DNA of 63,177 nt, filler included, from Reticulomyxa filosa (GCA_000512085.1; 20 parts of 20 records of this genome joined end to end with filler, not necessarily neighbours in it); one strand, 5' to 3'; shown: positions 26,187-39,719, counted from the whole stretch's first letter. Notes: generated by a model from the letters alone, not told the origin. Program-made: numbers and translations.

Positions 26187-29100
26187 CTAATGGTGGGATG
26201 ATCTTTTGGTATCATCCATTTGAGTATCATACTTGTCAATTATTGAATAATAGCTACGCCAATGTTTTTATTTTTGTTTACGATAAAATATGAAACTAAT
26301 GATTTTTAAAAAGAATTAAATTGTGTATAAGTCAACAATAAATGTACAGATATTGAAAATATGTTTAGTTTGTGGAGGGAGCAAAGATGTTGATGAGCAT
26401 GGTACTGCACCACATTCAAAGACTCACACAAATGTGACCAACAACTATATACTTTTAAGTTTATTTGACTGCCTTGTTTTTAAGGTAGAAATGTTTTTTG
26501 TGTCAAATATATTACATTAACAATAAAAACTATCGATACAAGATCAAAACTAAATAGGTTCATTGTTTCTTTTGTTTATTCATATGATCTTTTATTTTTA
26601 TTTTTTGTTTTTTTGCATTTGTACATTCGCTTTATGATTGCGAGAGATTGCCATTTGCACTATATGCAATAGGTGGAAATTCTTCAGAGTTCGTTTGTTG
26701 AAGTTCAATATTACTTGCAATTTTCGTCTCAATATTAGAAATCTGAAATCGTGGAAAAAAAGGTTTGGTTTAACACAGATGCAAAAAAACAATATATAAT
26801 GGATTCGTGTGATTATTTGCAGCATCAATTTTGTGTGTAGTCTGTTTCAATTAACTTGTTCATCATTTTGTTTATGTTGAGTGGATTTTTTTTTGTTTTC
26901 TTTCTGTATCAGGTTGTACATGTTTTGCTGTTCCTCTATTATTGCTTGTCGTTCCGGAGTTACTTCTGGGTTTGAAATCGGGGATTGCTGTTGTCCGGAC
27001 GTGGATATTCTTGGGAGTGGGGAAGCGGTCGTAGCGGGTTTATGTGGTTCGGCAAGTGGAACTCCAATGGTTAAATCCTCGATTCCACTGCTGCTATTTT
27101 CTCGCACATTGTCGTCTTGTTCTGCGCCTGCATCATCATTGGTGGCTGAGATCACTATTGATTTTTGTTGCGTCTGTTCAATTGCAGGTTGGGATATTAA
27201 GCCTGGAGTTGCGAGATCTGCACTGGAAGTCGATATCAAACCGGCTGCTTTTGGAAAGGTCTATCGTATATCATATATACATATATGTATATGTGTTTGA
27301 TAAAACAAGAGAAGAGAAGATTGATTCACTACATCTCTTTTTGATAAAAAAAAAAAAAAGATTACAATAGTGTTGGGAGCAGCAGTGGTCTGTACGTTTT
27401 TGCGAGTAGAGTTTGGAAGAACAAAGTTGAGCTTGATATAGGGCAGCCATTCGATGACAGATTCTTGTGTAATGTCAAAAACTTCGAAGCCAGGGAGTAA
27501 GAACTGTTGCAGATTGTGGATGAAGTCGCGATTATTTCCGGCAGGAGTGACATGTCGCGGTGAGACGACAAGGAGCATCAAGCCACTGTCACGAGCAATG
27601 TCATGTTGAGGTTCACTTTTTTTTTTGAAGAAAAGTTCTTTATTGTACTTGCCAATCTCTTGTAATCCCGACTCGATTGCGAAAGGATCAATTTCGGGAA
27701 CATTGTCTTGTTCTTCCAGAGCGTTGTTGGCAGGTGCCTCTGTGGTCTCAAAGGCCTCGACATGAGTGCCTTTGTGGAATGACTTGCGCGTAACTGTCGA
27801 GCGACGAGTGTTTCCTTTCTCCGACTCTGGTTCGTCGGTGGTATACTCAACATTCAACATGGGCGTTTGGGCGCGTACCATGATATCGTCCATTACCATT
27901 AAGCTTGTCATTTTCTGCGGGACGACCGAGGAGGACTCACTCATGTCCACGTGATATCTCATGATGTTGCCGTCGACATCCAGTGTGACACGCAGACGAC
28001 GTCTCTCGCCCAATTTGTAGCGGTTTGTTTCTTTGTCTTTGGATAGCAGCAGCGAGTCGATTTCGGCTTGCGTGAATGTTTGCTGTTGTTTCGAGTCGAT
28101 GTGCATATGCTGTCGACGACCACTGCAGCGTTGAATGAATTGGCGAACCTTGGAATTTTTGCACAGTCGTCCAAATCCGCAGTAAATGTTATTAATCCCC
28201 TGACTCATGTCGTGCTTCTTGTTGCATGAGATCCACGCCAGCGAAAACCACCAGATCATCAATGGCTGCCACCACAGCAATCCGACGCCCACGCCAATGC
28301 CACTCATCCATATCCATCGTATCGCTTTTTTGTTTTTTCCTGATTGTCATTGCTGCTCTTCCCACTCCAGATTTCTTGCGAACTACTCTTGCTATTGCTA
28401 TTGCTATTGCTGTTGCTGTTGATCGTCACGTCGTTGGCATAAGCTGCTGCCAAGGCCGAAACAATACGCTCTTCCACTTCAACAAAGTTGCATTCGTCAT
28501 CTACATACGTTTGTGCGAAAGTGGTATCGGCGATATCAACTGCAAAGTCTTGCGTGCTCATCCTTCTTCTGTCATTGGCATTGTCATTAATGTTGGCAGT
28601 GGCGGAAGAAACTTGACTGGACGTGACGACGACGACGGTGGTGGAGTTTCCGAAATGCACTCCCAAAATGGCGATGGCAACGAGCATGCAAAAGAGATAG
28701 ACGGCTAGGAGAATAAAGCAACAGTACTTGTGGCGATGTGGCAAAGGGTACTCTTGGAACAGCAGTCTTCGACGAGTCAACTCCGCTTCTCGAAGTTGGA
28801 CGGACAATGCGGACATGGCCTCCAATTGCTCAATTGTCAGCTGCTTCTGTCTTTGTTTTCGTTCGTAATCTTCACGTTCCTCTACGGACATTGCTTCAAG
28901 ATTTACCTTTTCTTGCACTTCCCCAATATTCTCATTTTCATTCTCATCATCATCATCATTATCATCATCATTATCATTATCATCATCATCATTGCCATTC
29001 TTCTTCTTCTTCTTCTCTTTTGCCCGCTTTTTTCGTCGTTTCTCTTCCTCGTTCCGACAACACAAGTTCGGCCGATTTCAAATTTGCCTCCTCTTCACTG

Positions 29101-29798
29101 TAACCAAACTCTTGCATCAATTGCACGGTCTTCTTCATGTACTTTACTTTCTCTTGGTCGTTTCTGGGGATGAACACCATCGGCGACGATATTTTGTCCA
29201 GAGGCTCGGCCGTATCGCTGGCCTCGTCGACACTCTTAGCCAACTCCACTTTCAAACCATACGGCACCACCTGCGTCCTCTCCGTCGTCGTCACCTTTAT
29301 GTCCACTGTGTCCTCACTGTTCGAACGGATCGTGTCCGACAGCCAATCGCTTGCAGACAATTGCTGCGACTTCACTGTTGCTGCTGCTGACTGATAGTCT
29401 ATTTTCCTTCGTTTGATCGAGGATGTTTATCATCACTGTGCTGTTCTTGTCCTTGTCTTTTCTTTGGTCGTCTCCTCCCGGAGTAACGTACTCGCTCGCT
29501 TTTTCCTCTTGCGAATCTTCTTCTTCTTCTTCGCTTTCTTCTTCTTCTTCTGCGTCTTCAAGCTTCTTGCCCATTTGTCCGCCTAACATCGGCCTCGGCG
29601 CTTCATTTGAGGGCTGTGTGGGATGTGTTGGTTGTTGCAACTGCTGTGAAGGCCGAGACAGTCGCGATGGTCGTGATGCATGCGATGGCTGTGATGATCG
29701 CGATGCTCGTGACGGTTGTACTGACTGCGATGGCCGTGGTTGTGCTGACTGTGATGATCGAATCTTTATTCCATCCCCACCATCATCATCATCATCAT
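26187..29798 (-). CDS. Large membrane protein with polycystin-1 (PKD1)-like TM pair and low-complexity loops, 5'-truncated; 3' end approximate
   Basis: Overlapping minus-strand ORFs linked by introns; YPLPHRHKYCCFILLAVYLFCMLVAIAILGVHFG and WIWMSGIGVGVGLLWWQPLMIWW resemble PKD1-family P..C...L.G..FG and W..S....QPL helices. Confidence 0.55.
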
Positions 29799-30189
29799 NN
29801 NNNNNNNNNNNNNNNNNNNNNNNNNNNNNNNNNNNNNNNNNNTTAATTAATTAANNNNNNNNNNNNNNNNNNNNNNNNNNNNNNNNNNNNNNNNNNNNCA
29901 AAGAAATCTCACTTAAAGATAATCATAATAAAAATGTAATGCTCATATATATCGGTGACTTTTTTCTATTCGCTTTGTTGTTCGTTCTTCTGTGTTTTTA
30001 CTGCTTTATTCAATTTATTTTTCTTCCTTTCTTCTGCTCCCATTTTCAATCTATTTCTTTTTCACTCAAACATTCACTCATTTTCGTTTTCATGTGCGTT
30101 TGTTATTCGATCCTCCAATGTATGCACGTATGTTTCATTACAGTAATACAATAATAAACATCATACAACCCAACCAAGTGGCGCTTTGG

Positions 30190-30300
30190 AAAAAAAGCAA
30201 GTAAGACAAAATCAAAAAGAAAAATTTAGTTTTTGCGGCGCCTGCAGGCGCCGTCTAATTTAAATTTTTCTTTTTCGATTTTTCCTTACTTGCTTTTTTT
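30190..30300. repeat. ~110-bp imperfect palindrome with perfect 18-bp GC core
   Basis: Core CGGCGCCTGCAGGCGCCG at 30236-30253; arms AAAAAGAAAAATTTA/TAAATTTTTCTTTTT and AAAAAAGCAAGTAAG/CTTACTTGCTTTTTT. Confidence 0.9.
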
Positions 30301-33300
30301 TAAAAATTTTTTTTAGCAATGAATCTGTTGATTTTTTTTAAAATAGGAGTTTTTAATGATGCTTGTATAGTAAGTATTTAACTACTAAGTAATTTAATAA
30401 GTTATGCATTGTTTTGAGTTTTATATTGAAGAACACCATTTTAATTATATCCATCAAGCGATCAGTGATAAATTGATTTACACGTGTGCATAACAGCATA
30501 GTGTAATCATTCAAGCAAATAATTAAAATTACTGTTTTTATCATTTTTAACTCATGTCTTCATCTTTAATAGAACTATAGCACTTTGCTTCCTTTCGTCT
30601 TCATATCTTGCCTTTCTGACTTTAATAAGACAATGAAATTTTATCCAATTGTAATGAATTGGACGTATTTAAATCAAATATATTAATTTTATTTTTTGAA
30701 ATAGCAAATACTTTTTCTCATCAATTGTTTCATATACTTTTTGGTAATTTTTTGAATGATTGAATGTCTGTAAAGGATTGATTACAATTGTTTGATTCAT
30801 TCATTTTTGTTACTACTCTAAACACTTACATAGTTTATCTTCAATTTATGTTTAACATATCCAACAAAGTGCGTTCATTACAGCCTTGTTGTTCTATCAA
30901 TTTGAAAGGAAGTTAAAGTAATACTCGGCCTTGTTTAACTTGTCTTTCAGTAGGTTTTTATGTTGTAGTTCAATTACTTATGTTGTTAATGTTAAGTAGC
31001 TTGACTTTCCTTTTAAAAAAAAGGTGATGTGAAAAAAGCAAAAACCAGCAAATTACAATGTTGAGTTGATACTCTTTTTTGAAAGATAAAGTGCATTGCT
31101 CGGTGGCTCAAATAAAATACAAATTACTTTTTCTTTTCACAATATGAATCATAGCATCAAACTAACAATCAAAATATAGTCATATGTAACTCTTTTGGTT
31201 GCATAATTTTATGCAAACAATTTCGAAACATCAAAAGGACAATATATTCCACTATTGTACGTTAAATAAATTTAATTATTTTATTTTTCTGAAAGAAAAT
31301 TATATTGTTTCATATTTAAACATACCGTTTTTTATATATAATAAAATAAAACAAATATTCGTTTCAACATGCAAACAAATCAGCAATTCGCATAAAGTAC
31401 CTAAAAAAAATGTTTTTTGCGTGAAGAAAAACTATCTTATTGCTTAAAGAATTAGTTTTATTGACTTTTTTCTTTTTGAAATCATCAAATTTTAATTCAG
31501 ACTCATTGAATACAAAAGAACATTAAAAGATATCATCAGATCTGGAGCCACTTGCTTCTTTAATTTACTGTTGCCATTCACTTCATATTTTAACAAACAA
31601 ATTCATATTTATAATCGCACGGTTATTCACGTTTCGTCAAGGAATGAAAGATACAAAACTAGTCTTTTCTTCAGGTGGTTGATCAACTTTGTTCGACATT
31701 TCTTGCGCTTTCAACAAGTTGGTCTGTTGCAAAAACAAATTTTACATAGTGAAGGCAAATAATAAATAAAAATGATAAAATAGTCAAGCAGAGAACTCAA
31801 AACTTATAACTAATCAACGATAAAGACATATCCAAAAAAAAAGGTTTTTAGTCCCTCGTGTCAACAGTTATAATTATTCATGCTGTTTTAAAAATGAAAG
31901 CTTTATCACATTTATGTATTATTGAGCGTAAACTTTTATTTTTATGCTTGAGAATCTTCATCAAAAAATAGTGAAAATGCTGTTTATAATATGAAATATG
32001 TTTAAAGCTTTGCAGATTTTTGTTGATAATTAATTGCCTCAAAAATTGTTTCTGTAAATTGTAATTGAACCGATTACGTGATATTCCAAAAGAGAAGAAA
32101 TTTTTTAACAAAACAATAAAAACGTAGTTTCTGCTTTTTTTTTCTTGTAGGTTGACGCAATTCATTAATCTTTTGATTATTCTATTTGTTTAAGTACAGT
32201 ATATCGATACTTCAATATAACTTGCGATTTTCATCAACTATCATTTGTCCTTCGACAATATTATATTATTTACCTGTAATAAGTTTCTAAAAAAAAAATG
32301 AGACAGTTTTAATATCAAATCTGACATGGTGACTTATAAGAATAATAGTAAGTTTTGTAGAGAATGCAAGTTTTTTAAAAATTTTTACTGCTGAATTTTT
32401 GACAATTGTTCGCGAAAGCTTGGTGGCAACAAAGTTTTTTGGCCAGTCTTAGGATCGACAAATACATGCACAAATATGCCATAAGCATTGATAGTACTGC
32501 TGTTTTCTTCAAATATACCAATATCTGTTGCATTGCATAAAACAAAAAAAAAGTAAATGAAATATTGGCGAAAAACAATTGTCCATTTTCTACTTTGTAA
32601 CTGTATGTAACCGAAGTCTTGCCAATTTGATTTACTGTAATCCTACATCGACAGCCGATGGCTAGGACAAAGGTTTTTGATAGTCACATTTGGAATTAAC
32701 GCAATACAACGGGAGTGGTCCCATTTTTTATATCCAATTGACACTTTTCAATTAAATACTGATTGACAATTGTATCAAAAAAGGAATAATAAATGACGTT
32801 GTTAACATGACCATAACAATCGTTGTCGTTCCAACGGGTTTGTATCGGAGCCAATATTTATAATAGCTCCTATTTTATTGAACTTTGTTTCCCTTTTCCA
32901 AAGATGACGAAGCTTGTCCTTCAAGATGATGCAAAACTTTACGAACTCGGAGACGCATGCTTTTATTGATTGAAAGGGAAAGTTTTTCCCAAAGAAAATT
33001 TTTTTTGTAAAACGTATTTATCTTCCATGTACCAAGTGGCAATATTTAAATTTTAACTATTTGACGCCTCTCTTATCAAAAATAGTGAATAAAAACAAAT
33101 ATGAATTTGACATTTTATTCTACAATATGAAGCACTTATTTGACGAATAATTTTGTACACTTTTTCATCTTTTGCTGTTTGTTAAACAACTACCTTGCTT
33201 CAAGTCACTTTTGTTCTGGAGTACTTGCGAATAATCAAAAACTCGACGAATACGATCTTTGTTGGAATATTTGTTTATACGTCAACATGTCCAACGCCTC

Positions 33301-34368
33301 TCTTCAATTTCGCAATCTTTTGACATCTGGAAGCAGTTGCTTTAAACTGTTATTCTCGATAATATACTATCTTTATTGGTGTATTTGTGACTTTATCATA
33401 TCCGTTCACATCTTTGTCTATTTTTGCAGTATTTTTTGACGTGGTGGAAGCAGTCATTTTTGATTGTTCAAACATCTAAAGTTATTCTTTTTTTTCCTCT
33501 TTCACTATTACTTTGTATGTATATTAATACATTATATGAGTTTATGGCAAGGTCCAGCTGCAAAAGTATTGTAAGTATATATACTAAATGATAGAGGAAA
33601 ATCATATTACATTTAAGTTAATAATCAATTTTTTAAAAATACAATCGTAACCAAAAAAGAAAAAAAAGGAATGAATAAATAACAAAATCAGGAATCTTTA
33701 TATACATAATGAAAAAATAACATTTAATCAATTTTTTAAAAATGTCTATGAGTTTTGTATTTTCTTAAATATTGTCGGTTTTTTATTTTATCTTTCAAAA
33801 TTCTTTTTAAATTTAAGCGTGCTATTAAGAAATTTTTAAAAATAAAAATGCAAAATTTTTCGCCAGGATAAAAAGAAAATGGATTATATTGATTTCAAAG
33901 AAGGGCTACATTATAACTGAATTGCGGCATACCAGAACAGAGCCCAAATCAAGCACGAACAAAGGATAAAATACCATAGAACTATCTTTTTTTTAATTTC
34001 ACTAAAAAAGAACTTGTTTGTAAGTCTTAACATGGCAAAGACTATAGACATTTCAAGATTCTTAATAAGTGATTTTTTTGTTATTTTTTAATTTAAAAAG
34101 AAAGGTACAATAACTTTCATTTCAAGACTGTCACAATCTCAGTCTTGGTTCATAGATAACAATCATATTATTTTTTCATTCAAAGTTCTCAGTGTAATAA
34201 TTCAACCTTTCATGCATTTTAATATTTTAATTTGCATTGTTCAAATTATGTTTAGCCAAATAAAAAATGCCAATGTAAAATGTTTTTGTTTTTTCAAAAA
34301 GGGTTATGTCACAGCCCCTTTTTTTTTAAAAAAAATAAACTTAAAAAAACTTCCTAAACATTAACAAC

Positions 34369-35060
34369 ATGGGCAGTCAAACTACAACACAAAACTCTCC
34401 TGAAACAGAAACTGAACGAAGTCAACAGCTTACTACCCACTCTCAAACTTTGAAGGAGTTGCCTACAACACAAGACTCTTCTGAAAGCGAAACTGAACAA
34501 AGTCGACAGCTTACTACCTACTTTCAAATTTTTAAGGAGTTGTCTATAACTCAAAACTCTCCTGAAGCAGAAACTGAACGAAGTCAACAGCTTACTACCC
34601 ACTCTCAAACTTTGAAGGAGTTGCCTATAACACAAAGCTCTCAAAAAAGAGAAACTGAACAAAGTCAACAGAGTAATACCCACTTTCAAACTTTGAAGGA
34701 GTTGCCCACTCCACTTTCTCAATCTCCATGTGTGCTACACAAAAACGAACTCCTCATTTGTGGAGGTGCATCTCAAAGAGCTTGTTATTCTTATCATACA
34801 CTCAAAAACGAATACAAGTTGATCTGTGAGTATCCAAGTGATGTTTACTTAAGTGGACACTGTGTAGTGAAACTGGTAGATAGCAACAGTAACAACGACA
34901 AAGACAACAATCAAATCACTTTATTGTCTTTTGGTGGATATAATAAAGATACACGACATACATTGGTGATGAAATATATAAGTGTTTGGAGTGATGACAA
35001 CAATAATGATGAATTCAATGAATTAAACAAATTAAACAATTACAATGAATGGATTCCTTT
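34369..35060 (+). CDS. Kelch-like repeat family protein with N-terminal tandem repeats, 3'-truncated
   Basis: FQTLKELPTPLSQSPCVLHKNELLICGG, CYSYHTLKNEYK, GHCVVKL, ITLLSFGG kelch-type blades. Confidence 0.8.
34384..34707 (+). repeat. 4 x 81-bp (27-aa) coding tandem repeat
   Basis: Units start at 34384, 34465, 34546 and 34627 (TTQNSPETETERSQQLTTHSQTLKELP). Confidence 0.92.
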
Positions 35061-35160
35061 NNNNNNNNNNNNNNNNNNNNNNNNNNNNNNNNNNNNNNNN
35101 NNNNTTAATTAATTAANNNNNNNNNNNNNNNNNNNNNNNNNNNNNNNNNNNNNNNNNNNN

Positions 35161-35279
35161 GTTCTCTGTTAGCCAGGTTAAAACATCCTTTGTCTTTTCA
35201 TCTTGATTAAACCATTCCAATACATCTGAAATGCTCTCTTCATTAATCTCGGGGAGCGTATGTTGAAGTTGTGTAAGCA
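35161..35279 (-). CDS. Lineage-specific family protein, N-terminus (CUE/UBA-like helices)
   Basis: MLTQLQHTLPEINEESISDVLEWFNQDEKTKDVLTWLTEN running into the contig edge. Confidence 0.4.
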
Positions 35280-36184
35280 TGATGGTAAAAGAAAACTCTT
35301 TTTTTGTTTGAACGTTCAAAAAAAACTGACTTATGTAATTAATGATCAAGAAGGTTATTGTTTTAAAAGAGAAAAAATTTGATAATAGCAAGACTTTCAC
35401 ATTAACACCATAGATTACAATAGAATTGTAACTATGCTTTATATTATTACAAGAACAAGATTTGAGCGTAGAATAAAATTATTTTTTTTATTTGATAAAG
35501 TCATATATTTTTGTAATGAAATTAAAGATTTGACAAATTGTTGCATATTTTTAATTAAGACTTTCTTCAGTGTTTTGCCTCCGTCTTGAATTCTTCATTA
35601 CAAACAAGCAGATGCGAAAACTACATCATATTGTTAATATACATTAAGTTTAATAACCAAAAATCATTCAAAACAAATAATTGTTCAATAGAATAAGTTG
35701 TTTTCGTTTAGTTTTTTTTAAAATATCAAAGCAAAGTGTCAGAAAAATACAAATACTCTTTTTGACTGCGTCTCTATTTTGCTCGTGGAGAGCAGCCGAC
35801 AAAAAAAATCTCGGAGTAAAGCTCCGAAAGTAAAAAAACAGGTGGCCATCAATTAATTTAGGAGATGGTGTTCGAACATTGTGCCTGTGTTAAATAATTT
35901 TTTTTAATTAGGCCAGAAACCAGTCATTTTTGATTAGTTTGTCGTTTCCTAGTTTGAATAATAATTTCATCTTTAAAGAATTTTGATTTATAATACATTT
36001 GAACAAGCGCTTGAGTTTGAAAAAAAGTGTCTTCATCAAAGAGGAGAAAACTGGTCATACATTCATTCGAGATGTTTCATGTCAAACATTTTCTGCATTA
36101 CTCGAACTAATTGCTGCATAGCAAAACATTGAAAATAAATATATACAAATGATCAATTTATACAATAATTAATACTTTAGTGCC

Positions 36185-36514
36185 ATGTACAAACATAAAA
36201 TTAATCTAAACCTTATTTATATTTCATTTAAATATTTGTGTAATGGCGATATGAATAAAACAATCAAATTATTGGTGAATTCAAAGAATGGAAACTTAAT
36301 GATAACAATAAACGAGAATCAAAGAAGGATAAACGAATTGTGGAACATCAATATTATAATCGCGCCATTAACCTATTTCAAGGTTTTCTTTACTGAAAAT
36401 GGTATATTAAGGGGACATAATCCTGTTAAATATGCAACTATTTGTACTGCTTCCAACGGATTGCCTTACGTCGAAAGTGACAAGCAGATAATGAAAAAAG
36501 GAAAGCGAACGTGA
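36185..36514 (+). pseudogene. Probable decayed member of a lineage-specific family
   Basis: Protein-like patches (NLIYISFKYLCNGDMNKTIKLL; NPVKYATICTASNGLPYVESDK) with apparent frame disruption between them. Confidence 0.4.
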
Positions 36515-37339
36515 ATTTATCAAATGACTATTTCTGATATTTGGAAGCGTAGATTCATTAATGAATTTGGCTTCATTTTTTAAAAAAATCATTTGTTTTA
36601 TCATTATCCAAAGCTTAGTATATTATTCAAATATTATGGCGAGAGAATACTCGGGATTCGATAAAGTAACAACTATCTTATATTTCACATGGAGTAAATT
36701 GACAACATAATTCCATTACTATATTTTTAAAAATGACATAGCAGTATTTTGTTCGATACAATAAGGGGATAACGATAATATTTTTTCCCGTCATTTATGC
36801 TCTTTCTTTCTTTATTCCAAATTTTATGTCATCCGTTCCAAAAAAACCAATTGAAGCTTCTTTTTCTCTGAAAATTGTTTTGTATATAATGTTTCTTAAA
36901 AAGATTTTCACATTAATAGACTGCGTCAACCTTAACTGGGCAGGATGTTAAAGAAAAAATTTAAATTGTATTTCAAAATACAATAAGCAAAGTTTTAAAA
37001 GATTTGATGCAGATTACTTATTCTATCGTTTCTTTTAAGACAAATTGGAACCAAATACTTACTGTTTTATACAATTAACATATTTTTGTGAATAGTATCT
37101 AATCATCCAAACAATTTAATCTATTTTTGAATATTCAAGCTACTCTACACATTTTTATTCATTTCAATGTCACAATAATTACTGTATTGTTTCACATATG
37201 CTTTGTATTATATTGCACTGCAATTTTACATTTCCATGTTGCAATTTTGTCTAATTATTAACAATATTTTCACTCTTGATGAAGATTTTTCATCTAAAAA
37301 AAAAGGGTTTCCAGTACAAATTCAAAAAAAAAAGCAAGT

Positions 37340-37700
37340 ACAGTTGAATATATTAACGAAAGCATTCGAAGTTGGACCTGACTTGCCCAAGAGCTACTGC
37401 TTAGCGCAATGCATCGCATTCAAAGACTTATTTGTGGATGATATAAAACTAACGATTGTTGTTAATATCATACTTTACATATTTTTTTCTTAAGCGAAAA
37501 ATATTTTTAATTGTTTTCTGTTTTTGTAGAATAAATAAGTCGAATTTAAGGCAAGCAAAGACAAAGAGATTGTGACTTTAAATAATCTAATTGAAAAAAG
37601 TGAAGAAGCCAAGTATAAATACATTGAAAAATTGCAAAATGAAATCAAAAAATTGAAAAAACGAATACATATTGGCATTACTGTCGACAATGATAATAAT
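37340..37700 (+). pseudogene. Kelch-like family remnant
   Basis: AFEVGPDLPKSYCLAQCIAFKD resembles the kelch start of 34369-35060; the frame breaks soon after. Confidence 0.35.
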
Positions 37701-38609
37701 AATAATAACTCAATGACAATTATAATGACATCATAAATAACAATTACAATGACAGCGTAAATGAAAATTATAATGACATAGTAAATGACAATGACAATAA
37801 CAACGCTAACCGTTCTTTGAAATTACATTGTAAAAAACTTTTGGCTGTTTGTGAAATTGCTTTTTGAAAATAGTTTGAACAATTGCTTGAAATAGTTTTT
37901 GAATGAGAATGTCAGTCATAATTTATGCTCTTAAACCAAATTGCAAAGCGATTTATTGATAATCTGAAAATGATATTATCAAAATATACATAAATATCAA
38001 ATATTGTCAAAAAAAATATNNNNNNNNNNNNNNNNNNNNNNNNNNNNNNNNNNNNNNNNNNNNTTAATTAATTAANNNNNNNNNNNNNNNNNNNNNNNNN
38101 NNNNNNNNNNNNNNNNNNNTTTTTTTTTTGCCACTTGATCCACTTTTCTTTTATCTTCAAATACGAAACCCTCATTTGCGGAATGCAGGAAGTGGGCATG
38201 TTCACAGAAAAGATAATATGAGATTTATGCTCTGCCTAAAATCCAAGAAATGTTCAATAATTGGTTGGCACATTCCGCAATACTAATTACAATTTTTTGC
38301 AAGTGTGTTGTTGTGATTATATGTGGAACACGGCTTGAGTATGATGAAAACAACAAAGCATATATCCCTTGCGTTGAAAGTTTCTGTTCAAAAGATTGGA
38401 TAAGTCCAATGCATAAATATCCAAGATAAAGGATAGTAAAAGTAATTACTGAAAAAGGAAAAGGAAAATAAACATTCGTGCCACAATGTGCAAATATCGA
38501 CACTGAGCCACCCAGATCAATCAATAAAATAGAATTAAAAAAACAAAACAATTGAAAAAAAAAAAAAAAAAAACATTGCCAAAATGATATATTTTCAGAC
38601 ATTCTTGAC

Positions 38610-39170
38610 TCAAAGATCCCACATGGATTCGATTTTTTTGCTCATGGCACTGCTCCTCTCGATAAACTTATCCACGTTGGAAATAACATTATCCCACTCT
38701 TGTTGTTCTGGAAGGCTAGCCTGAATCGATTCCTGTACTAATCGGGACTTGTCTTTCATGGAAAGATTTTCGATGTCACAATCATCCAATGTTAGATTTT
38801 CTTCGGACAGGGTGAGCTCCTCTGTTTTTACCAGAGTACGTGAAGAGATCAAGATTTTTTCTTTTTTTTCTTCAAAATAGTTCTTGGGAAGCATGCTCAC
38901 TTGTTTTTTTTTTTGCATCTCTTCTTTTGAAATATCTCCAAGTTTTTCAAGCGCTGCAATTTTCCTCTGTTGCAAGTTTTTTCTCGATTGACAGTAGCAA
39001 GTCAACCCCAGCGCAATGCTGTTTTTATCAATTGGCAGATTCATCAACAGTGTTGTCGCTGCAATCGCCACAGCCATTATTCCATGCCTACGCCGCAAAG
39101 CTTTTTCCAAATTTTTAGCATTCTGGAGTTGTTGATGCAAAATTTTTTCAATTTCTTTAGCTCTTGTTCT
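38610..39170 (-). CDS. Hypothetical protein, C-terminal fragment
   Basis: 176-aa charged ORF next to the contig edge; no recognisable motif. Confidence 0.45.
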   Translation of the reverse strand, partial: RTRAKEIEKILHQQLQNAKNLEKALRRRHGIMAVAIAATTLLMNLPIDKNSIALGLTCYCQSRKNLQQRKIAALEKLGDISKEEMQKKKQVSMLPKNYFEEKKEKILISSRTLVKTEELTLSEENLTLDDCDIENLSMKDKSRLVQESIQASLPEQQEWDNVISNVDKFIERSSAMSKKIESMWDL

Positions 39171-39719
39171 TTTTTTTTTTTTNNNNNNNNNNNNNNNNNN
39201 NNNNNNNNNNNNNNNNNNNNNNNNNNTTAATTAATTAANNNNNNNNNNNNNNNNNNNNNNNNNNNNNNNNNNNNNNNNNNNNTTCACCATTTGGCAACGT
39301 TTTTGTTACAATTCATTTTCGGGGGGGCTAGTGTCGTCGGTTTTGCATCTTGCGTGTTGTGTGACTTTGAGAGGTGGAAGTGCTTTAAAGCTTACCGCGT
39401 ATATTGACCTCAGTTGCTTTAAGTGTACCGTGGTGCAAATTCCTGGTAATTGAGATAGTACTCCTTTACTGGCAACAGGCGGCTTGTGTGAGATTGTATC
39501 GATCCTAGCTTAGCCTTAAGAGTGTTCGACACCTTCCGGGAAATTGGCAATCTCGAGGCAAATAACAGTCTTTTGTTTTTGGCAGAACTCCGATGGTTGT
39601 GTAACTTCTACTGAGCCTCGGGCAAAACCGAAACCCACTCGCTGATAACAAGTTGTGAAGGCGATCCGGAAGGTCGAGTCAAGGTGTCTTTACCTCAATC
39701 GGCTCTACTGCAAGCCATG

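Noticed and set aside
30350-33500. Scattered short ORFs in contig 16
   Set aside because: Look like decayed coding sequence, but no family could be supported by eye
35790-35890. Small hairpin TCGGAG-TAAAG-CTCCGA and a GTTCGAA B-box-like word (tRNA/SINE?)
   Set aside because: No cloverleaf or acceptor stem could be built
39666-39710. GGAAGGTCGAG and ACCTCAATCGGCTCTA resembling RNase P CR-I and CR-V
   Set aside because: Only ~15 nt apart, far too close for an RNase P/MRP RNA
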